64,000 nt of DNA from Candidatus Omnitrophota bacterium (GTDB lineage Bacteria; Omnitrophota; Gorgyraeia; 1-14-0-20-64-10), in NCBI GenBank assembly GCA_023818695.1, contig JAMWCF010000001.1, positions 595,306 to 659,305 of the forward strand, in the 5' to 3' direction. Under the pieces are notes generated by a model. That model was not told the origin of the DNA and ran no database searches. It was given only the letters and a program-made list of their open reading frames with translations. Position numbers and translations under genes: made by a program. This document shows positions 44,475-51,857 of the stretch, in pieces. Within the stretch, counting starts at the first letter, position 1; each line of letters begins with the position of its first letter.

Positions 44475-45781
44475 GGCGTCCCCAGCAAAAATTCTTTTTC
44501 CCTGTTTTCATCCAACGTGAAGGCAACCGGCCCATCGCTGCCTTTGATACGGACGGTCACGGAAGCACCCGCCTGCGCCAGGAAGCGGACCCGGATCTTT
44601 CCATCGGCAACACCCAATGTCTCGAATGGGACATCGGCAATCAGGTACCGGTTCACGTAGGGGGGAATGACGAAATCCCGGTACTGATGTGGGTTTCCAT
44701 CCAAACCGGCTTCCGCCGCCTTGGCGATGTTGTACGCTTCCCGGGCGGTGACGTAATGCAGGACGTAATTCTTCCCGTCGTTGTATTTCTTCTCAAGATA
44801 GCTGTGCATCCTGTCGGCCCAGCCGCCGAGAACCGCCTCATGGTCCTTCGCCAGCGCGCCGTGCGTGAAGACCTTCACGAAGACCCACTCGGGACGTCCT
44901 TTCACGTGAACGCCGGTCCGCACCCAGGCATCGATCCGCTCCGGCGTCGGCTGATATTCCATCGTCACGTCTCCGTGGTCGTACTCCGGACGGATCCCTT
45001 TCCAGCGAACTACCGACGGCCCCTCGAAGATCAGCAGGTCGCCGGCGGCGGTCCCTCCCACCCGCATCTCGGTACCGGAATCGTACGACTTCGGTTTGGC
45101 CGGATCATCATGCGCATAGAAGAGTCGGTTGACGGTCCTCGGATGCATCTTTCCCCAGGAGGGGTGAGTGAAATCGGCGTAACAGCCGACCTGCTTGAGC
45201 AGGATCAGCTCGTTGTTGACCCCGCATGCCCCCTGCCTGGAATTGTCCAGAGCCCACAGCCCATGGATGAACCCGAAAGCGGTTTTCGGTTCCGGCTCCG
45301 CCGTGACAAAAGAGCCGGATTCTTTGGACAGAGTGATCGCGTGGCCGATCTTTTCCAGGAAGCTCTTCTCGTCGTCCGCCCAGTGGTGCAGGTGCAGTTC
45401 CACCTCCCCATAGCCGTCAAAACTCAAGGAGGCCAGTTGTCTCAAGAAAGATCGCTTCTGGGCGTCGTCCGATTGAGCAAAAAACCAGAACCAGCTGTGC
45501 TGCGGCCTCCTGCCGTCGGCGTCCTGGTGGGCGTCCGCCATGCGGGGATAAGCATCGAGCCACCGGTCCATGGTCTGCTGGTCGTGCGGCTCGAAATGGT
45601 CCACGAAAGTGAACATCACATGGGTCGGCCCCTGCACCGCCTCCGCAGGCCGGCCAGCCGGCAGCTGGTCGGCCACATAACTCCACAGCCAGGGATAACG
45701 GTTGTCAGCAACCACCGCCGCCGCGACCAGCGCCGCAACGGCCGCAATGGCCGCAAATCTTTTCATGTCCGGGCGATTCAT
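44471..45781 (-). CDS. Membrane-anchored protein of unknown function (436 aa); possible metal-dependent carbohydrate-active hydrolase
   Basis: The ATG at 45781 (ATGA overlap) gives an N-terminal anchor MKRFAAIAAVAALVAAAVV. His/Asp-rich blocks follow (FTFVDHFEPHD, VELHLHHW, FIHGLWALDN, VFTHG). I cannot name a family. The longer track ORF is a spurious extension. Confidence 0.6.
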   Translation of the reverse strand: MNRPDMKRFAAIAAVAALVAAAVVADNRYPWLWSYVADQLPAGRPAEAVQGPTHVMFTFVDHFEPHDQQTMDRWLDAYPRMADAHQDADGRRPQHSWFWFFAQSDDAQKRSFLRQLASLSFDGYGEVELHLHHWADDEKSFLEKIGHAITLSKESGSFVTAEPEPKTAFGFIHGLWALDNSRQGACGVNNELILLKQVGCYADFTHPSWGKMHPRTVNRLFYAHDDPAKPKSYDSGTEMRVGGTAAGDLLIFEGPSVVRWKGIRPEYDHGDVTMEYQPTPERIDAWVRTGVHVKGRPEWVFVKVFTHGALAKDHEAVLGGWADRMHSYLEKKYNDGKNYVLHYVTAREAYNIAKAAEAGLDGNPHQYRDFVIPPYVNRYLIADVPFETLGVADGKIRVRFLAQAGASVTVRIKGSDGPVAFTLDENREKEFLLGTP

Positions 45782-47235
45782 TCCGACCTCTCCCTCCATC
45801 CAGCGTACTCTGCCGCCGTCATCGGGCGGCGCTGCTCCAGCACCCATAGTTTCGCCACCACGCCGGCGAGCATCCAGAAATAGCCGGAAATCTCCTGGAA
45901 TCCAAAACAATGGCTGAACAGGTTGGCCACCGTCATGCCCACAACGCCGGCGGCGAACCCGAGCGCGATCCCATTCACCTGCCGGTCCGCCGTCCTCTGA
46001 TAGAGCCTGACCGCCTGGTCCACAGCCAAGCAGAGGATCAGAAAGAACAGCAGAGCCGCCGGGATCCCCTGCTCCGCGGCGATCATCAGGAAAGCGTTGT
46101 GGGCGTTGTCGAACTCCATCCGTCCGCTGCTGTAATCGGCGAAAAAGCCGGCGAAGGCCCCAAAACCGACCCCCCACCAGGGGTGGTCCTGGATGATCCG
46201 CACCGACGTGTCCCAGATCTCGAAACGGTCGGAGGCACTGGCTTCCAGAAGGCGGGTCAGATCCAGCGAAGCGGCTGCCTCCTTCGGGGCGTTTTTCGCC
46301 ACGGTCATCTCCAGCCGGTACCGGATGCCGCCGGGTAAAAAAGCCGGATTCATCAAAAGGAACAGCCCCGTCGCGACCGCCAGGACAAACAGACCCTTAT
46401 GCCGAAACCAAGCGGCCGCCAGTACACCCGCGGCGAAAGCCAGGTACCCTCCCCTGGAGAAGGTCACCATCAACCCCCGCAGGGAGAAAAGGAACGGAAT
46501 CGCCAGAAACCAGTAGGAACGTCGCCTGGGATCGGCCAGGAAGAGGGCCGGAAAGAAAAACATGTAGGAAACGAAGAAGGCCCCCAGCCGGTTCGGCTCA
46601 TCCGCGATTCCCCAGACCCGCGATGACTCGAAGCTGTCTCCACCCGATCCGACATATTCCCATGTCGCCATCATCCCGACCATGAAAACCGCCCCCAGAA
46701 TGACGCTGATGAGGGTCTTGGCGCTCCTGGCGTCCCGTACGGTCCAAAAAACCAGGAAGAAGAAACCGATCTGCATCAGCCAGCCGGCCAGCTCGGACGA
46801 ACGGGACCAGAAATACCACTCCCCATAAAGGAAGGAAGCCCTGAAGAGGGAAAAAACCGACAAACCGGCGAAGAGGGCGACGGCCCCGCCCAGCGGCGTC
46901 CAGGAGAAAAACCGGGCATCCATCCGTCTGCCGGCCAGAGCCAGCGCGAGCACGGCGCCAGCCAGCAAGCCGGTCAGCAGGATGTTCGGCGTCTCCGCCG
47001 GGTCGGAAACCAGCCGGCCAAACGGCAGGTAAGCCGCCAGAAGGTACAGAGACATCTCCGGCGAATCTTTCGTCCACCAAGCGAACGCCGCGAAAGCAAC
47101 GGCCAGCAGGAGGAACGGCACGGAGACCTCCTTCATGAACAGGACGGCGAACCCGCCCACCGCCAATGCCGGGAGCCAGATCCTCTCGTCCAGTTCAGGA
47201 ACCCATCTTTTCACGGCGGCCGAAATCGAATTCAT
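45778..47235 (-). CDS. O-antigen ligase/polymerase-like (Wzy_C) membrane protein, paralogue 1
   Basis: At least 10 TM segments, with the TFSRGGYLAFAAG and HPWWGVGFGAF...NAHNAFLMIAAEQGIP blocks. Start is the ATG at 47235 (ATGA overlap) or the GTG at 47244. Confidence 0.8.
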   Translation of the reverse strand: MNSISAAVKRWVPELDERIWLPALAVGGFAVLFMKEVSVPFLLLAVAFAAFAWWTKDSPEMSLYLLAAYLPFGRLVSDPAETPNILLTGLLAGAVLALALAGRRMDARFFSWTPLGGAVALFAGLSVFSLFRASFLYGEWYFWSRSSELAGWLMQIGFFFLVFWTVRDARSAKTLISVILGAVFMVGMMATWEYVGSGGDSFESSRVWGIADEPNRLGAFFVSYMFFFPALFLADPRRRSYWFLAIPFLFSLRGLMVTFSRGGYLAFAAGVLAAAWFRHKGLFVLAVATGLFLLMNPAFLPGGIRYRLEMTVAKNAPKEAAASLDLTRLLEASASDRFEIWDTSVRIIQDHPWWGVGFGAFAGFFADYSSGRMEFDNAHNAFLMIAAEQGIPAALLFFLILCLAVDQAVRLYQRTADRQVNGIALGFAAGVVGMTVANLFSHCFGFQEISGYFWMLAGVVAKLWVLEQRRPMTAAEYAGWRERSE

Positions 47236-48350
47236 CGGTACCACGCCCTCTTTCGGGAAATCTCTTCCTTATAGACATCCTCCACCTGGTCCGCCATCTG
47301 CTCCAGGGAAAAGCGCTCCTGCACCGTCCTTCTGGCCGCTTCCGCCACGGAGTGCTGCTGATCCAGCCGTCCAAGCAGATCGACCATCTTCTCGGCCAAA
47401 CCGTCCGGGTTGCCGGCCTCCACCAGGTAGCCGTCCTCGCCGTCCGAGATCACCTGCTTCAGGTCCCCCACATCCGTCGCCACGACCGGAAGCCCCATCG
47501 CCATCGCCTCCAATACGGCTAAAGGCAACCCTTCCCTCCTGGAGGGCTGAACATACAGGTCGGCCCCGGTCAGCCATCGGTTGACGTCATCCCGCATGCC
47601 GGTGAGAGTCACCGCTCCGTTCAAGCCCAGCCGGTCCTGCAACTTGACCAGGTTCTGCTTTTCGGGGCCGTCCCCGACGATAACCAGCCGGGCCCGGGGC
47701 TCCTGCCGCAGGACAACCGAGAAGGCCTTCAAAAGGTCATCATGCCCCTTCTCGGAGGAAAGGCGACCCACCGACACGACCACCTTGTCCTGGGGCTTCC
47801 AGCCCATCTGCCTGCGCAAAAATTCCCGGTCCTCCGGGCTGTAATCGCAGACAATGCCGTTGGTGATAAAAGCGCACTTGGAAGGGGGAATCCCTGTCTT
47901 CTTCTGGTATCCCTCCATCACTTCCCGTGAGGCGAACATCACCAGGTCGGTTATGTGGGTGAAGATCCGGTCGAGGACAAAGTGGATCTCTTTTCGCCAC
48001 GGCTGCATCCCGTGCTCGTGGGCGATCACCACCGGTACCCCCGCCAGCCGCCCGGCGAGCCGTCCCCAGACGTTGGCGCCCCAGAGGTGGGTGTGCACGA
48101 CCTCGATTTTTCGGGAGCGCATCTCCTTCTGAAGACGCCAGACCAACCCCACATCCACCTTCCACCGCTTCTTCAGGGAGATCACCGGGATGCCGAGCAT
48201 CTCCATTTTATCGGCGAAAACACCGGCTTCGTTCAGGGTGAAGACCGTCACCTCATGGCGGCGCTTCACCATCTCGCCGGCGAGCCGCATCAGCACCTGC
48301 TCCGCCCCGCCGAGCCCCAAAGACCAGATCACATAAGCGATACGCATCAC
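47232..48350 (-). CDS. Family 4 glycosyltransferase (GT-B)
   Basis: RIAYVIWSLGLGGAEQ N-terminus and EGLPLAVLEAMAMGLPVVAT. Confidence 0.9.
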   Translation of the reverse strand: MMRIAYVIWSLGLGGAEQVLMRLAGEMVKRRHEVTVFTLNEAGVFADKMEMLGIPVISLKKRWKVDVGLVWRLQKEMRSRKIEVVHTHLWGANVWGRLAGRLAGVPVVIAHEHGMQPWRKEIHFVLDRIFTHITDLVMFASREVMEGYQKKTGIPPSKCAFITNGIVCDYSPEDREFLRRQMGWKPQDKVVVSVGRLSSEKGHDDLLKAFSVVLRQEPRARLVIVGDGPEKQNLVKLQDRLGLNGAVTLTGMRDDVNRWLTGADLYVQPSRREGLPLAVLEAMAMGLPVVATDVGDLKQVISDGEDGYLVEAGNPDGLAEKMVDLLGRLDQQHSVAEAARRTVQERFSLEQMADQVEDVYKEEISRKRAWYR

Positions 48351-49144
48351 GTGTGGTTCACTCTCTGAACCGCCGCATGCATCCAGTCGTAAGCGCCGGC
48401 CAGCTTCTTCTCGAAATCGCGCAGGGAATCAAAAGCACTGACCTCCGTGCGGCTGATGGCGAACGGGTCCATCCCCTGTTTGACAGCGCCGGGCTTCACC
48501 GTGAAGGCACCGGCGTAACCGGTTTTTTCGACGAGCTGTCTGATCTCATCGTTGTAATAGCCAGCTGGGTAGCAGAAGTAATCGACCGGCCTTTCCAGCC
48601 CCTCCTCCAGAATCTCTTTGCACCCCCGAATCTCCCAGTCCCACTCTGAAGCGGGGATCTTCGTCAGCTTCCGGTGGGTCACGGAGTGTCCCCCGATCTC
48701 CTGGCCGGCATCAAGCATCCGCCGCATCTGCTCCCAGGTCATCGGCCGGTCGGCCTCCGGGCGACCGGCCTGGCCGGACTGGATGAACTCCGTCGGCACG
48801 AAGAAACAGGCAGTGAATCCCCAGCGTTTCAGCTCTGGAAAAGCATAAAGGTAGTTGTCCTCGAAGCCGTCGTCGAAAGTGATGGCGACCCTGCGTCCGG
48901 AAACACCGTTGCCGCCCCGAATCCATTTTGTCACCTGGCTCATGGTCAGCCCCCGGTAGCCGGCCTCATGCAGGAATTGCATCTGCTCGGCAAACCGCTT
49001 CACCGGCACGCAGAGGCGGTCCTCCGGATGGGCGTCGGTCACCCGGTGGTAGGTGAGCACCCGGATCCCGCCGCCGCCGCCAACCAGCCGAATGGCACCG
49101 TAGGCCACTTCACTCAATATGTCCCGCAGCAATCCTTTCACCAA
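48347..49144 (-). CDS. Polysaccharide deacetylase (CE4 family)
   Basis: VAITFDDGFEDNY and IGGHSVTHRKL motifs. The start is TTG at 49144 or GTG at 49141, after GGAG. Confidence 0.85.
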   Translation of the reverse strand: MVKGLLRDILSEVAYGAIRLVGGGGGIRVLTYHRVTDAHPEDRLCVPVKRFAEQMQFLHEAGYRGLTMSQVTKWIRGGNGVSGRRVAITFDDGFEDNYLYAFPELKRWGFTACFFVPTEFIQSGQAGRPEADRPMTWEQMRRMLDAGQEIGGHSVTHRKLTKIPASEWDWEIRGCKEILEEGLERPVDYFCYPAGYYNDEIRQLVEKTGYAGAFTVKPGAVKQGMDPFAISRTEVSAFDSLRDFEKKLAGAYDWMHAAVQRVNHT

Positions 49145-50342
49145 TACTCCGTTGAAAGATTTCCCTCAATTGCCGCCCCGTGCGCTCCAGCGAAAACCTC
49201 TCCCTCACCCGCTGGTGCCCGACCTCCGCCAGACTGCGGCGCAAGGCCGGCTTGTACCAGAGCTTCTTGACGGCATCCGCCAGCGCCTCCGGCGACTCTT
49301 CCGGGATGATCCAGCCGCTCTTGCCGTGCTCCACCAACTCCCGCAGAGAAGGCAGATCGCACGAAATGACAGGTGTCTTGGACGCCAGCGCTTCGATCAA
49401 AACGTTCGGGATCCCCCAATGGATCTTCGACACCAGCGGCAGGACAAACAGATCCGCCTGCCTGTAAAAATCAGCCACCGTCTCCTGACTCACATAGCCG
49501 ACGATGGCCATCTGCCCTGCTAAACCGTAACGCCGGATCATCCCCCGCAGCTTCCTCTCAAGGAACCCCCCGCCGGCGATCGTGCATCGAAAGGGGAATC
49601 GGCTCTCCTTCAGTATCCGGCAGCTTTCGATGAGCGTCTCATACCCCTTGCACGGCAGCAGGGACCCCACCGACAGGATCTGGCAGACGCCGTTTCCCGG
49701 CTTCTGCGCCGGCGCGAATCTTTCCAGATCCACCCCGTGGTAGCTCACGAAAACCTTGTCCCCTGTCCCGTTTTTTGCGATCCGGGACAAATAGCCGCGG
49801 TTATATTCGGTGCAGGTCAGCGTGAACCGCGCTTCCCGCACCTTCTCCGCCAGCGCCGGGTTGGCCGTGTAGATGTCGTGCGCGTGGCCGGACATGCTGA
49901 AGGGGATCCCTGTCAGCCGGTTAATCACCACAGCCGCCGTCGCCGGGTAGGTGGCCCAGAAAGCGTGCAGGTGCGAAACCCCTTTCTCCCGGGCAATGCG
50001 AGCGAAATGGACTGTCTTCGGGAAGAAGGCGACGCTTTTCAGCAAAACAACCGGGTTCTTCCAATGCCGGCTGACAACCCATCCCAGCGCCCCTGCGTAC
50101 CAGGCCGGCGTCGACCGGAGAAAAGCCAGATGGCTCCTCCACACATCGGCCGAAAAGAAAAACGGCGCGTAGACCGTGCTCTTCTGAAGCGGCTTTGCCT
50201 GCTCATGCACCACCTTGTCCCTGCACGGCCTCAAGGAGAAAATAACGGTCGCCTCCTCTCCTTTGGACAGCTCCACTAGCTCCCGGAGGATGAAGGCCTC
50301 GTCGTATCTGGGAAATTGACTCAAGATAAAACCGACGGCCAC
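49110..50342 (-). CDS. Family 4 glycosyltransferase (GT-B)
   Basis: C-terminal GIPNVLIEALASKTPVISCD and the general GT-B layout. The GTG start abuts the upstream stop. Confidence 0.88.
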   Translation of the reverse strand: MAVGFILSQFPRYDEAFILRELVELSKGEEATVIFSLRPCRDKVVHEQAKPLQKSTVYAPFFFSADVWRSHLAFLRSTPAWYAGALGWVVSRHWKNPVVLLKSVAFFPKTVHFARIAREKGVSHLHAFWATYPATAAVVINRLTGIPFSMSGHAHDIYTANPALAEKVREARFTLTCTEYNRGYLSRIAKNGTGDKVFVSYHGVDLERFAPAQKPGNGVCQILSVGSLLPCKGYETLIESCRILKESRFPFRCTIAGGGFLERKLRGMIRRYGLAGQMAIVGYVSQETVADFYRQADLFVLPLVSKIHWGIPNVLIEALASKTPVISCDLPSLRELVEHGKSGWIIPEESPEALADAVKKLWYKPALRRSLAEVGHQRVRERFSLERTGRQLREIFQRSIGERIAAGHIE

Positions 50343-51839
50343 TTACGCCTCCTGTACCTCTTTCGCTTTCCTGCGTTCCAGCGCCAGACGCCTCATCTCC
50401 TGCCGTTCCATCAGCACACCCCTGATCACGATGGCGCAGAGGATCCAGAAATAGCTGGAAACCGCCTGGTCATCCATCCGGGAACCAAACATGTTGGTCA
50501 CCACCAAACCGCACAACCCGGACAGCACCCCCAGCGCGATCGCCTTCAAATCCAGATCTTTGGTCCTGCGGTACAGCCACCAGGAATAATAAAGGGCCAT
50601 CAGCAGAACCAGCAGAAAGACAGCCAGCGTCGGCAGTCCCATTTCCGCGGCGATCAACAGGTAGCTGTTGTGGGCATCCATGTGCCCGATTGCCCCCTCC
50701 GTATAGGACGGAATGAAAGCCGGGAAAGCGCCGTACCCGACACCCCACAGAGGGTGCTCTTCAATCATCTTCAAGGCCCCTTTCCAGATCTTGATCCGGG
50801 TGGAAGCGCTTGCCTCCAGCCCTTCCTCCAGAGCCCCCTCGGCCAACAAGCTGGAGGAAGGCCCCCTCTCAACCGCCGTCTGGCTCATCCGGTACCGGAT
50901 GCCGGCTGGCAAGAAGATCGGGTTGGCAACGATCACCGCTCCCACTGCCAGCACCGCCAGGAACATTATCTTGCTGCGGTAGAAAAAGGCAGCCAGGATG
51001 CCGGCGGCAAACCCCAGATAGGCGCCGCGGGAAAAAGTCACCATAATTCCGCGGAAACAGAGCCCGAACGGAATCAGCAAAAACCAGGCCTTGGCCTTCT
51101 TCGAAAAGGTCAAGAAATAGCCGAAGAAAAGGAACATGTAATAGACGAAGAAAGCCCCCAGCGTGTTGGAATGCTCGGCAATGCCGCCGACGCGGGCTTT
51201 CTCCAGACTGCTGTCATCCACATACATGTAATCCCGGATTGACATCAGGGCCACCATCACCATCGCCACCATGATCAGGATGACAACCGTCTTAAGGATC
51301 CTCTTCTCCCGAACCACCCAGAGGGTCAGGAAATAGAGGAAAACCGGGGTGAACCATCTTTTAAAGTGGGTGACGATTTCCGACATGTACCAGCCGCCGT
51401 ATTCAAACCCGGTCCGAACCAGCGAGATCGCCCCCATGAAACAGAAAAGAGCCACCCCAAAATTCATCGGCGACGACATCGGTACCCTGTGCCTGCTGTT
51501 GACGATCTTCATCGAATGGCCAATGATGACCCAGCCGATCAGGATGTTAGTCATGTTCAGCGCGTACGCGTTCGTCCCGAAATCGCCGGTCAGCAGACGG
51601 CTGAACGGAAGGTAGGCCACCAGCACGTAGAGAGGCATCTCCGGATACTGAATGCCGGTCATTAACAATCCCAAAAGGGACAGCCCTCCGAGAGCAGCTA
51701 TAACGCCACTGGGCAGGGAAACTTCCTTAACCACAATAAAACCGAAAAGGCCGATCACCATGATCATCGGCCAAATCCGTCTATCGACCTGGATCCGCCC
51801 CCTTTTTGGTTTACTGACTGCTATGGTCCCCGGCAACAT
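50343..51839 (-). CDS. O-antigen ligase/polymerase-like (Wzy_C) membrane protein, paralogue 2
   Basis: TFSRGAYLGFAAG and HPLWGVGYGAF...DAHNSYLLIAAEMGLP. It is collinear with paralogue 1. Confidence 0.8.
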   Translation of the reverse strand: MLPGTIAVSKPKRGRIQVDRRIWPMIMVIGLFGFIVVKEVSLPSGVIAALGGLSLLGLLMTGIQYPEMPLYVLVAYLPFSRLLTGDFGTNAYALNMTNILIGWVIIGHSMKIVNSRHRVPMSSPMNFGVALFCFMGAISLVRTGFEYGGWYMSEIVTHFKRWFTPVFLYFLTLWVVREKRILKTVVILIMVAMVMVALMSIRDYMYVDDSSLEKARVGGIAEHSNTLGAFFVYYMFLFFGYFLTFSKKAKAWFLLIPFGLCFRGIMVTFSRGAYLGFAAGILAAFFYRSKIMFLAVLAVGAVIVANPIFLPAGIRYRMSQTAVERGPSSSLLAEGALEEGLEASASTRIKIWKGALKMIEEHPLWGVGYGAFPAFIPSYTEGAIGHMDAHNSYLLIAAEMGLPTLAVFLLVLLMALYYSWWLYRRTKDLDLKAIALGVLSGLCGLVVTNMFGSRMDDQAVSSYFWILCAIVIRGVLMERQEMRRLALERRKAKEVQEA

Positions 51840-51857
51840 GGGTTTCTATTTCTTTTC

